Of a stretch of DNA of 64,000 nt, positions 29,304 through 38,459 are shown in pieces. Below the pieces are notes generated by a model. It saw nothing but the letters and a program-made list of their open reading frames with translations, searched no databases and was not told the origin of the DNA. A program made the translations under genes and the position numbers. The stretch is taken from positions 19,281 through 83,280 of the forward strand of contig DDLV01000108.1 in assembly GCA_002340325.1 (NCBI GenBank), in the 5' to 3' direction. The stretch is from Glaciecola sp. UBA2563 (GTDB lineage Bacteria > Pseudomonadota > Gammaproteobacteria > Enterobacterales > Alteromonadaceae). Within the stretch, counting starts at the first letter, position 1. Each line of letters begins with the position of its first letter.

Positions 29304-31772
29304 TTGAATGCGAATAAACGCGTATTTATTCCGAATCTCGTAAAGCGCTGGTTTGAAGAGAAAGGTTGGCAAATTCGTGCATATCAAAAGAGCATGCTGC
29401 GTGCATTCGCAAATAGAGAATCCGCTTTATTAATTGCGCCGACAGGCGCGGGTAAAACACTGTCCGGATTTTTGCCTAGCTTAATTGATATTCATCGTAA
29501 TTCGCCGCAAAAGCGCGTATTACATACATTATACATTTCACCTTTGAAAGCATTGACATACGATATCGAGCGTAATCTAAATGCGCCAATCAACGACATG
29601 TCAATGGATATTAAGGTGGCCTCTCGGACTGGTGATACGTCAGCGTACCAACGTAGCCAGCAACGAAAGAATCCTCCAGATGTGCTGTTGACCACGCCAG
29701 AATCTCTGATGTTAATGCTCAGTTATGTAGATGCAAATGCACTATTTTCGTCACTGAAGTGCGTGATTGTCGATGAAGTGCATAGTTTCGCAAATAGCAA
29801 ACGCGGCGACTTCACGGCATTGGCACTGGCGAGGCTAAGCGCTATCAATACCTCATTTATCCGGTTTGGACTCTCTGCTACGGTGGCTCATCCACAGCAG
29901 ATTGCAGGTTGGTTAGGTAAAAGTGGAGAACCTTGTAAATTAATAACCGCGAGTTCCAGAGTCAAACCGAAAGTGCGCATTTTAACCAGTAAAACGCGTA
30001 TGCCGTTTGGTGGGTACATGGCGAAGTATGCGATGAAGGAAGTTTATCAAGCGATTGAAAAGGCAAATTCAAGTCTCGTATTTGTTAATACCAGAGCTCA
30101 AGCTGAATTGATTTTTCAAGCGCTTTGGGAAGAAAACAAAAAAGGACTGGCAATTGCTATATATCATGGCTCGTTATCCAAGGAACAACGAGTGAAAACT
30201 GAAGAGCTTATGTCGCAAGGCAAGCTTAAAGCGGTTGTTTCGACATCTGCACTTGAACTTGGCATTGACTGGGGTGATGTTGAGCTTGTTATTCAAGTAG
30301 GTGCACCCAAAGGTGTCAGTCGATTGTTACAACGGATTGGTCGTTCTAACCACAGACTTAATGAACCCAGTAAAGCACTACTTGTACCAGCAAACAGGTT
30401 TGAGGCGCTTGAATGTCTATCTGCTATAGATGCAATAAAAAAAGGCGAACTCGATGGCGATGCGCCCATGAGTGGGGCGCTGGATATCATTCCTCAGTTT
30501 ATTTTGAATTGTTTATGCAGTGCGCCTTCAACCATTGACGAGTTGTATATGCAGGTCCTTGATGCTGCGCCGTATGGGGGATTAGACAAAGATACATTCA
30601 ACCAGTTGTTTGCCTTTACGCAAGACGGCGGATATGCCCTGAGTAGTTACGAGCGATACAATCGCTTGACCGAAATATCTGCAGGTGTATTTGCGCCTGC
30701 AAATAAGCGTGTGATTGCAAGACATCGACAAAATATAGGGACAATTGTTGAAGCTGGACGATTGAAAGTAAAACGCTTATCTAAAAAACACAGTGGTAAG
30801 ATCATTGGCGAAGTAGAAGAATACTTTGCGCAACAATTGGTAAAGGGTGATACCTTTTTCTTTGCTGGAGAGGTACTCATTTTTGAAGGCGTTCGAGATA
30901 TGATTCTCGAGGCTAAACCTGGCAAAGCGCGAGAACCCAAGATACCAAGCTATGTTGGCGGACAGATGCCCCTCTCGACGTATCTTGCTGACGCCGTTAG
31001 ACATTTGCTAAATACCCCGGATAAATTGAAACGTTTGCCAAAGCAAGTTATCGATTGGCTGCAACTGCAGCAAGATTTTTCTCAGCTTCCAAAGCCAAGT
31101 CGTGTGCTTATTGAACAGTTCCCGTATAGGCAGGCAGAATATGCTTTGTTTTATACGTTTGAAGGTCGTAAAGCAAACCAAACCCTAGGGATGCTAATGA
31201 CTAAACGAATGGAAAAAATGAAATTAAATCCATTGAGTTTTTCAGTCACCGATTACGGCTTATCTATTTGTTCAGTATCACCCATTCAACCGTCACATAT
31301 CAATGCGCTTTTTAGTCCTGATATACTCGGCGATGAACTTGAAAACTGGATGTTAGAAGCAGCGATGTTAAAACGATCATTTAGGCGAGTCGCCGTTGTA
31401 AGTGGGCTGATAGAACAACAATATCACAGCCAGAAAAAATCTATGCGTCAAGTTACGTTCTCAACTGATTTAATATATGACACCTTGCGAGAATACGATA
31501 AAGATCACGTGCTATTGAAAGTAACGCGGCAAGATGCCGAACGAGAGCTATTGGATTTGACCCGAACAGCGGATTTGCTAATTCGATTTGATGGGGCAGT
31601 TGATTTTGTTAAACTTACCAAACCTTCGCCAATGGCTATTCCAATTGTGCTTGACGTGCGAAGCGAAAGAGTTACAGGCGCGGGTATGCAAGCTATGTTA
31701 GAGCAAGCGTCGCTTTATCAGGAAGCTGAAGAAATGATGGAGGACATAAGAGCACTCCTATCACAGGCTTAG
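29304..31772 (+). CDS. Lhr-core-type ligase-associated DEXH helicase
   Basis: APTGAGKT, YISPLKAL, RTGDT, IVDEVH, GLSAT, LELGIDWG and QRIGRSNH; TTG start with GGAG RBS. Confidence 0.94.
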   Translation: MNANKRVFIPNLVKRWFEEKGWQIRAYQKSMLRAFANRESALLIAPTGAGKTLSGFLPSLIDIHRNSPQKRVLHTLYISPLKALTYDIERNLNAPINDMSMDIKVASRTGDTSAYQRSQQRKNPPDVLLTTPESLMLMLSYVDANALFSSLKCVIVDEVHSFANSKRGDFTALALARLSAINTSFIRFGLSATVAHPQQIAGWLGKSGEPCKLITASSRVKPKVRILTSKTRMPFGGYMAKYAMKEVYQAIEKANSSLVFVNTRAQAELIFQALWEENKKGLAIAIYHGSLSKEQRVKTEELMSQGKLKAVVSTSALELGIDWGDVELVIQVGAPKGVSRLLQRIGRSNHRLNEPSKALLVPANRFEALECLSAIDAIKKGELDGDAPMSGALDIIPQFILNCLCSAPSTIDELYMQVLDAAPYGGLDKDTFNQLFAFTQDGGYALSSYERYNRLTEISAGVFAPANKRVIARHRQNIGTIVEAGRLKVKRLSKKHSGKIIGEVEEYFAQQLVKGDTFFFAGEVLIFEGVRDMILEAKPGKAREPKIPSYVGGQMPLSTYLADAVRHLLNTPDKLKRLPKQVIDWLQLQQDFSQLPKPSRVLIEQFPYRQAEYALFYTFEGRKANQTLGMLMTKRMEKMKLNPLSFSVTDYGLSICSVSPIQPSHINALFSPDILGDELENWMLEAAMLKRSFRRVAVVSGLIEQQYHSQKKSMRQVTFSTDLIYDTLREYDKDHVLLKVTRQDAERELLDLTRTADLLIRFDGAVDFVKLTKPSPMAIPIVLDVRSERVTGAGMQAMLEQASLYQEAEEMMEDIRALLSQA

Positions 31773-31841
31773 ACATAGTCAGAATTTTACTCGCGGAGTA
31801 CCGTTGTCCTTCCGACCGAACCAAATCAAAATCAGCCGCCA

Positions 31842-32552
31842 ATGCTTGAACAAAACTCGTTAACTAATTTGGTCTTGGAGCACGATGCAATTCCAGCACA
31901 GTTTGTCCAACAACGCTTTTTATTAGACGGTGCGGGTGTTCTTTTTTGGCCAAAACAAGATATCTTGGTTTTCTCCGATTTGCATTTCGAGAAGGGTAGT
32001 TTTCTAACGCAATTTGCTCATCCATTGCCAAGATTTGATACAAAAGAGACACTCACTCGAATGCGCCTTCTGTTATCGCGTTATATGCCAAAAACTGTCA
32101 TTTGTTTAGGGGATAGTTTTCATGATGGAAATGCATTTCAACGAATGGACAGCACACTAATTGATTTGCTGAACCAAATGGTGAGTGAGACATCAAATTG
32201 GATATGGGTTCTGGGCAATCACGATCCCCAAATACCCCCATTTATACATGGTGACCGAGAGAACGATTTAGCGATCGAAAATATAGTTTTTGCACATGAG
32301 CCATGCATAAAAACACTATCGTCAGGTCAGGCAATGCTGTTTGGACACTACCATCCTAAAGCATCTTCGGTTGTAGCAAGGCATAAAGCAGTAGGAGGCT
32401 GTTTTGTGCAGTGTGACAAGGTATTCATCATGCCAGCGTTTGGAAAATACACAGGCGGGTTGTCAGTCAAGAGCGATGTTATTCAATCGCTTATAAATGA
32501 AAATACAGCCAAACTTTATTTAACGTATAGAAAGAAAGTTTACTTGATATAG
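31842..32552 (+). CDS. pdeM: Ligase-associated metallophosphoesterase/endonuclease
   Basis: SDLHFEKG, LGDSFHD, GNHD, HEP, GHYHPK and MPAFGKYTGG. Confidence 0.92.
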   Translation: MLEQNSLTNLVLEHDAIPAQFVQQRFLLDGAGVLFWPKQDILVFSDLHFEKGSFLTQFAHPLPRFDTKETLTRMRLLLSRYMPKTVICLGDSFHDGNAFQRMDSTLIDLLNQMVSETSNWIWVLGNHDPQIPPFIHGDRENDLAIENIVFAHEPCIKTLSSGQAMLFGHYHPKASSVVARHKAVGGCFVQCDKVFIMPAFGKYTGGLSVKSDVIQSLINENTAKLYLTYRKKVYLI

Positions 32553-32612
32553 TTAACCAAAAATACACGCTCGAAAAGCGTTATAACTGGATGAAAAATC
32601 TAAGGAATAATC

Positions 32613-33287
32613 GTGGTAGATCAAAAAAAGTTAGCCGTCATCATCGGCACCAATAAAGGCATTGGTTTTGAATTGTGTAAGCAATACATTGAAAAAGGCT
32701 ATGATGTAATTGCAACTTGTCGACAGTCTAACACTGCACTTGAGCAACTTGAATGCGACGTAATAGAAGGTATCGACGTATCTGCACAACCATCAGTTGA
32801 GTTAATTAAAAGCAAGATTAAGCATGAGCGAATTGATGTGCTCATTCACAATGCGGGTATTTTAGAATCTGATCAAATATCAACAATTGATTTTGAGAGT
32901 ATGCGACAACAATTTGAAATAAATTCACTTGGTCCGTTACGCACGATTCTATCCCTTGAGGCAAAGCTTGGAAAAGGCTCCAAGGTCGGCATTGTAAGTT
33001 CCAGAGTAGGCTCAATCGACGACAACGACAGTTCGAATAATTATGGTTATCGCGTGTCCAAGGCTGCTGTAAACATGATCGGGAAATGTTTAAGCATCGA
33101 TATGGCACCAAAAGAAGTTGCAATAGCACTTTTACATCCTGGATATGTTCGTACAGACATGACGCAAATGCGAGGTCTTATCGATGCAGACGAATCAGCC
33201 GCTGGACTAATCGCACGAATGGATGAGCTAAGTATGGAAACAACGGGTATTTTTATCCACACAAACGGTGAGATATTACCATGGTAG
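32613..33287 (+). CDS. Short-chain dehydrogenase/reductase (CsgA/C-factor-like)
   Basis: GTNKGIG, HNAGI, SSRVGSI, YGYRVSKAA and LHPGYVRTDMT. Confidence 0.92.
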   Translation: MVDQKKLAVIIGTNKGIGFELCKQYIEKGYDVIATCRQSNTALEQLECDVIEGIDVSAQPSVELIKSKIKHERIDVLIHNAGILESDQISTIDFESMRQQFEINSLGPLRTILSLEAKLGKGSKVGIVSSRVGSIDDNDSSNNYGYRVSKAAVNMIGKCLSIDMAPKEVAIALLHPGYVRTDMTQMRGLIDADESAAGLIARMDELSMETTGIFIHTNGEILPW

Positions 33288-33489
33288 CGCCAGTACATAT
33301 TGATAGGAATCTGCCCCTTTTCACTGCTGCTGTAGCTTTGATCTAGACAGCTTCTAGCCTTATTTAACAAAATTAAATTATATTTAATGCACTAAAATCT
33401 ATTCTTAGGCCGTTCTTAAGGTTGGCGATATGGTTCGCGAACTATGTGTGTGGGTTATGAAACATCACGCACAGATTACGGAGACAATT

Positions 33490-33858
33490 ATGAATTTTAA
33501 ATTAAATAAGCAAACAATATTTGCGAGTACCGCTTTGTTATTGGTCGCAGCAACCAGCAATGCTAGTGATACTATCAATCCTGAACAATCTTTGATTAGT
33601 GATGGTAACGTGTTGACTTCTCAGTTTTATGTTAACAATTTTGATGCCTCGATTGCGGAATCAAACACTCGCTTGAAGTCAGCAGTCGTGACCAATCGCA
33701 ATGTTTTAACGTCTAATTACTTGATTTCGATGCTGCCAGAGTCGAATGCCCAAGCGCTTCCAATACCAGATTTTGAAGACGAAATTGATGCAACAGTTAC
33801 GGATCAAAATATTCTATCTTCTAAGTATAGAGCGGCGTTCTCATCGCAAGGTGAGTAG
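33490..33858 (+). CDS. Small secreted hypothetical protein with three internal repeats
   Basis: GGAG RBS before the ATG at 33490; signal peptide ending SNA; repeats ISDGNVLTSQF, VTNRNVLTSNY and VTDQNILSSKY. Confidence 0.75.
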   Translation: MNFKLNKQTIFASTALLLVAATSNASDTINPEQSLISDGNVLTSQFYVNNFDASIAESNTRLKSAVVTNRNVLTSNYLISMLPESNAQALPIPDFEDEIDATVTDQNILSSKYRAAFSSQGE

Positions 33859-33964
33859 TCAAGATTGGGGGGCGTTAAGTGAATGGATTGATTCGCCCTT
33901 CCTCTTACAACACTGAAGTCCTATTCGATGTAACAGTGTAGTATGGGCGGCTTGCAATAACGCC

Positions 33965-34675
33965 TCACTTCAAATGACGGCCCCCGTTCAAGTGTAAGAC
34001 TTGCCCATTGACGTAGTCACTTGCTAACAAATACTCAACCGCTTTTACTGCTTCTTGCGCGCCTGGAACATTTTCTAAAAGCATTTTCTTTTTACTTTTA
34101 AGTCGATAAGCGTCGTCATCCCAATCGTTAAACATCACAAGTGCTGGCGCAATGCTGTTGACTTTTACTTTGGGGGCGTAGAGTTTTGCGAATGAAAGTG
34201 TGAGGTTATGCAGGGCAGCTTTGCTAGCTGCGTAGGCAATATGTTTGTTACTTCCCTTTTCTTGGACAAAATCCGTCATATGAATGATATCTGAAAATCT
34301 AGTTTCGTTTTTTAACAGCATCGATTTACAAGCGAGGTTAATTTGATAGGGTGCATTAGCATGAATTTGCATCATACGAATAAAAAGTGCATTTACGTCT
34401 TCGTTATCTGTCTCTTGTGCCCAATCGGATGCGTTATGAATAATGGCGCGCAAAGATGAGGTTTGTGTTTTCAACGTCGCAACAAAATTAGATATACCCT
34501 CGCTGGTTGAAAAATCAGCGTGAATAACGGCTGCGCCATTTTTGGATAATTCATTAATTGATGGTTTTTTGCTGCGGTATGTTATGATCACCGACTGATT
34601 TTTATTTAGTAAATTCTCAGCGATGGCCAAACCGATTCTTTGCGTTGCTCCAGTAACGAGTATTGGTGAACTCAT
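33965..34675 (-). CDS. folM: Dihydromonapterin reductase (pteridine reductase SDR)
   Basis: ILVTGATQRIG, IIHNASDW, DIIHMTDFV..GS.KHIAYAASKAAL and VKVNSIAPAL; divergent from folE. Confidence 0.9.
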   Translation of the reverse strand: MSSPILVTGATQRIGLAIAENLLNKNQSVIITYRSKKPSINELSKNGAAVIHADFSTSEGISNFVATLKTQTSSLRAIIHNASDWAQETDNEDVNALFIRMMQIHANAPYQINLACKSMLLKNETRFSDIIHMTDFVQEKGSNKHIAYAASKAALHNLTLSFAKLYAPKVKVNSIAPALVMFNDWDDDAYRLKSKKKMLLENVPGAQEAVKAVEYLLASDYVNGQVLHLNGGRHLK

Positions 34676-34800
34676 GATAAAGAACCTGATTTCATTGCGT
34701 AAACTTCCGTGTCACTCAGTGTAGACCAAACCCAATAATTCACACGCAACTTGCGTCAAAATAGATTGTAAACTAGGGTTTTATCATGTCATTTTTTTAA

Positions 34801-34828
34801 TGAACCTCAGAAGTTGCGGAGGCGTATA
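34801..34828 (+). promoter_or_regulatory. Putative ECF sigma promoter for folE (TGAACC-N16-CGTATA)
   Basis: Motif ends 31 nt upstream of the folE ATG; the same CGTATA -10 occurs upstream of the fasciclin gene. Confidence 0.5.
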
Positions 34829-34859
34829 AGTCGAGCACGCATGAGAAAACAGGACGGTT

Positions 34860-35546
34860 ATGTTAGCTAAAGAAGCTATATTAATGCACAAAGCGAAAAG
34901 CGATATCGTTAGTGACCAAGCTCACGCAGTTAGGGACGCTTTAATCGCAGCAGGACTTGAAACTCCGATGATGGAAAATCGACTTTCGGACGAAGAAAAG
35001 CGTATTAAAATTCAGGCGTCTATGCTTGATATTATGAACACGCTTGGTCTCGACTTAAGTGATGATAGCTTGCAGGATACCCCCAAGCGAATAGCTAAAA
35101 TGTACGTAGATGAAATATTCAGCGGCTTGGACTACAGCAAGTTTCCGAAAATTACGCAAATCGAAAACAAAATGTCGATTGATGAACCAGTGCAGGTTTC
35201 AGGAATTAGCCTCACATCGACATGCGAGCATCATTTCGTCACAATAGATGGCACCGCAAATGTCGCATATATTCCAAAATCAAAGGTAATCGGTTTAAGC
35301 AAAATCAATCGGATAGTGGGCTTTTTTGCGCAGAGGCCTCAAGTTCAAGAGCGTTTGACGCAACAAATTATGGTAGCGCTGCAGACACTAACAGAAACGA
35401 AAGATGTGGCTGTGATGCTTAATGCAACGCATTACTGTGTTAAGGCTCGAGGTATTAAAGATACTAATTCTTACACGAAAACATCTTCATATGGCGGTCA
35501 ATTCAAAACTAATGCCGATTTGCGAAAGGAATTTTTGGCGACATAA
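34860..35546 (+). CDS. folE: GTP cyclohydrolase I
   Basis: [34 protein letters not shown] and HYCVKARG. Confidence 0.98.
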   Translation: MLAKEAILMHKAKSDIVSDQAHAVRDALIAAGLETPMMENRLSDEEKRIKIQASMLDIMNTLGLDLSDDSLQDTPKRIAKMYVDEIFSGLDYSKFPKITQIENKMSIDEPVQVSGISLTSTCEHHFVTIDGTANVAYIPKSKVIGLSKINRIVGFFAQRPQVQERLTQQIMVALQTLTETKDVAVMLNATHYCVKARGIKDTNSYTKTSSYGGQFKTNADLRKEFLAT

Positions 35547-35595
35547 AAAATGTTAGGCAACTTGGTCTAGCGTTTGATAAATGGACATAAAAATG

Positions 35596-35626
35596 AAAAA
35601 AGCCTTGTTAACAGCAAGGCTTTTTT
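35596..35626. terminator. Bidirectional intrinsic terminator between folE and fasciclin
   Basis: AAAAAAGCCTTG-ttaacag-CAAGGCTTTTTT between convergent genes. Confidence 0.88.
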
Positions 35627-35643
35627 ATGCGTGAAACGTTATC

Positions 35644-36147
35644 TTAAGAAGCAGGTAAGATAACAGTATCGATAACGTGGATAATGCCATTACTTGCTTC
35701 GATATCAGTCGCTACCACTTGCGCTTCATCTACCATTACCGTTTGACCTTCGACAGTGACAGTAATGTCTTGGCCTTGTAATGAGGTGGCAGAATCTACG
35801 TTAACAACATCTGATGCTTTCACTTTACCAGGAACTACGTGGTAAGTTAGCACAGCTACTAACTGGTCTTTGTTTTCTGGTTTCAAAAGATTCTCAACCG
35901 TACCTGCAGGCAATTTTTCAAATGCAGCATTTGAAGGTGCAAAAACGGTAATTGGTCCATCACCTTTCAAAGCATCTACAAGGCCTGCAGCTTTAACTGC
36001 TGCTACCAACGTTGAAAAGTCCGGGTTGGATGCCGCAACATCAACGATATCTTTTTTAGCTTTCTTTCCGTAATCACCTGCAAATACTGCGGTAGATAAA
36101 ACTACTATTGCACTCAAAACGATTGATTTTAGAGCGACTAGTCGCAT
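35644..36147 (-). CDS. Secreted fasciclin (FAS1) domain protein
   Basis: DIVDVA...[15 protein letters not shown]...[19 protein letters not shown] and [13 protein letters not shown]; start at 36147 follows a GAGGA RBS. Confidence 0.95.
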   Translation of the reverse strand: MRLVALKSIVLSAIVVLSTAVFAGDYGKKAKKDIVDVAASNPDFSTLVAAVKAAGLVDALKGDGPITVFAPSNAAFEKLPAGTVENLLKPENKDQLVAVLTYHVVPGKVKASDVVNVDSATSLQGQDITVTVEGQTVMVDEAQVVATDIEASNGIIHVIDTVILPAS

Positions 36148-36202
36148 ATTTAAATTCCTCAATAATTAATAAAAAATAGTCTAGTTGCGTGTGTTGCTGA
36201 TG

Positions 36203-36229
36203 TATACGGAGTGTTAATGACTTGGATTG
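36203..36229 (-). promoter_or_regulatory. Putative ECF sigma promoter for fasciclin (CAATCC-N15-CGTATA)
   Basis: Minus-strand motif 55 nt upstream of the start codon; resembles the recalled TGATCC-N15/16-CGTA consensus of RpoE-ChrR (ECF11). Confidence 0.45.
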
Positions 36230-36373
36230 ACTATTAACTTTGTTTAACCATTCGGGGCTATTTACGCTGGAATAAGGACGAACTAGTCCTAACTATCAAT
36301 TTTATAAAGTTGAGTTGACGTCATCGCTCGACTATCGTCTTCGATAGAATATAGTCAAATAAAAACAAAAATT

Positions 36374-37363
36374 ATGAAAAAAGCTCTTATTACAGTATGT
36401 GCGATTGCTTTTGTATCCTCTAGTCAATTGGCATTTGCACAACAAGCACCAGAAAAAGTCAGTGCACTTGAACTGGTAGACATGTTTGAAAAGTTGGGAG
36501 GCAATCATCCTGGTTTTCGAAAGGCACATGCCTCAGGCGTTTGTGCTACAGGCCAATTTTTACCAAACCCAGAAATCTCTGCGTACTCTGCTTCTCCGTT
36601 ATTTGACGTCGATTCTGTCGAAGCAGTGGTCAGATTTTCAATGGGTTCTGCCAATCCGAGCGCAGACGAAACAGCGCCGGGTGCGCGCGGTATGGCAGTT
36701 CAGATGACGTTGCCAGATGGTTCAAAACATACAATGGCAGGTAACAACACGCCGTTTCTTACCGGTAAAGATCCAGAAACTTTTTATGGCTTTCTGCAAA
36801 CACTTCTACCCAATAAAGATGGCACAACAGACCCAAATGCAACAGGTGCTTACATCGCGGCCAATCCTAGTGTACTCAACGCCGTTAAATGGTCACAAAC
36901 AAACCCTGTTCCAAGCTCTTACTCAAGAGAAAAGTACTTTGGCATTCATACCTTTTTCTTTGTCGATAACGATGCTAACGAGCTGCCATTTAAGTGGACA
37001 TTTATTCCGGATCTGGGCGAAATGGACATTACAATATCTGAAAAGGAAGGGCATCCAACTCAGTTTTTAAAAGACAAGCTTGTAAGTGAAGTTTCAGAGG
37101 AAAATGTAACGTTTACCCTTGTCGCCCAATTAGGCACCAGCGATGACGTACTTAATGATCCTTCAATTGCGTGGCCAGATGAAAGAGAAGAACTCACAAT
37201 GGGGCAATTAATGCTTAAAACAGCGGGGGGCGAAGGGTGCGATGGCGTAAATTTTGACCCAAACGTGGTAAGCGCTGGATTTAAACCAAGTGACGATCCA
37301 GTGCTTAAAATGCGATCAGCAGCTTACGCAATTTCATTTGCAAAGCGGCTGAGTAATCAATAG
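36374..37363 (+). CDS. Periplasmic catalase-related heme peroxidase (SrpA-like)
   Basis: Signal peptide; GFRKAHASG (distal His), VRFS, ARGMA and RSAAYAISF (proximal Tyr). Confidence 0.88.
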   Translation: MKKALITVCAIAFVSSSQLAFAQQAPEKVSALELVDMFEKLGGNHPGFRKAHASGVCATGQFLPNPEISAYSASPLFDVDSVEAVVRFSMGSANPSADETAPGARGMAVQMTLPDGSKHTMAGNNTPFLTGKDPETFYGFLQTLLPNKDGTTDPNATGAYIAANPSVLNAVKWSQTNPVPSSYSREKYFGIHTFFFVDNDANELPFKWTFIPDLGEMDITISEKEGHPTQFLKDKLVSEVSEENVTFTLVAQLGTSDDVLNDPSIAWPDEREELTMGQLMLKTAGGEGCDGVNFDPNVVSAGFKPSDDPVLKMRSAAYAISFAKRLSNQ

Positions 37364-37366
37364 CGC

Positions 37367-38440
37367 CTAGTCCGATGTAGACAGAAAACTGCTTAATAAC
37401 AAGAAAACATTGTTTAGTTGTGTCTCTAGTCTGCCAGGGAACTCTCGATTAAGGACATCAATCCTATCAAACTCGGTATGCCAGATACGTCCCCATTTTT
37501 TTTCATTAGGCCTGTCACATGTGGTGAGCGTGTCTTTATCAAAACACGTCCACATGGCAGGGTTTACAGTTTGAGAATATCCATCTTGACCATTTAATCC
37601 AACGATATCAAAGTTCGTTGCTTCTATATGGACGACGGGGATACCAACGCATGCAAAAGGACTGTGATCGGACCAAGCGCCAGTTTCACCCGCTGGGTAT
37701 TCAGCATTTCCCGCGTGTTTTTTGAACGGTAAATTGAGTTTACTTGAATGTGTTAAAAGTGTGTCACGCCAAATAGGATCTGCTGCGAATTTAGACGTAT
37801 CACCATCACATTCGTAACCAGCTGTTTTGGCGCTATGAATGTATTGATAATCACCACCGGTAATGGTGTCAAGATTTATCATTCCAATGATATTTTCGTT
37901 TTCAAGGGTGGTCTGTGATATTGATTCTACGAAATGCTTAGCGCCATTTAACCCCACTTCTTCTGCGCCAAAAGCGACAAAAACTACGTTGTTTTTTATC
38001 TTTGGCATTGAGTTCATGTGATCTGCTATCGCTAACATTAGTGCAACACTTGCAGCATTATCTATTACACCCATACTGCCTGTTGAAGCTGGTACAGAAT
38101 CATAATGTGCACCGATAATAAAAGTTTTGTCGCTTGTGCCATCTATCCGCGCAATGACATTTTGAGAGCGCTGAGGCGCAGTTTTTTGACCAAACACTCG
38201 CTCAAAAGGCTGAACTTCTGCCGATATATTGAGTTTTTCAAATTCCGTTGCTATCCACTCAGCTGCTCTTTTTTCCATTTTAGAGGCGGCGATCCTAGGT
38301 CCAATTCCAGAGTCACCAGCCAGTGCGTTAATGTAAGACGTAATCAATAATTGACGATCTTTGTCTTCTGCATTGTCCGCACTCATCGCAAAAAAACAGG
38401 GAAGTAATAGTAATGTGCAAAGAGTGATTTTCTCTAGCAT
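37367..38440 (-). CDS. M28-family metallopeptidase (Iap-like aminopeptidase)
   Basis: IGAHYDS, DNAAS, AEEVGL, NLDT, SDHSPF and WHTEFD; signal peptide. Confidence 0.9.
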   Translation of the reverse strand: MLEKITLCTLLLLPCFFAMSADNAEDKDRQLLITSYINALAGDSGIGPRIAASKMEKRAAEWIATEFEKLNISAEVQPFERVFGQKTAPQRSQNVIARIDGTSDKTFIIGAHYDSVPASTGSMGVIDNAASVALMLAIADHMNSMPKIKNNVVFVAFGAEEVGLNGAKHFVESISQTTLENENIIGMINLDTITGGDYQYIHSAKTAGYECDGDTSKFAADPIWRDTLLTHSSKLNLPFKKHAGNAEYPAGETGAWSDHSPFACVGIPVVHIEATNFDIVGLNGQDGYSQTVNPAMWTCFDKDTLTTCDRPNEKKWGRIWHTEFDRIDVLNREFPGRLETQLNNVFLLLSSFLSTSD

Positions 38441-38459
38441 GTTGTCCTCAGGTTTAGCA

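Noticed and set aside
33422-33437. Possible sigma54 promoter TTGGCGA...TTCGC before the repeat protein
   Set aside because: GG-to-GC offset is 13 nt rather than the required 12.
34800-34860. Possible folate, ZTP or preQ1 riboswitch in the folE leader
   Set aside because: No match to the consensus cores as recalled; the segment is better explained as an ECF promoter with a short leader. An Rfam scan would settle it.
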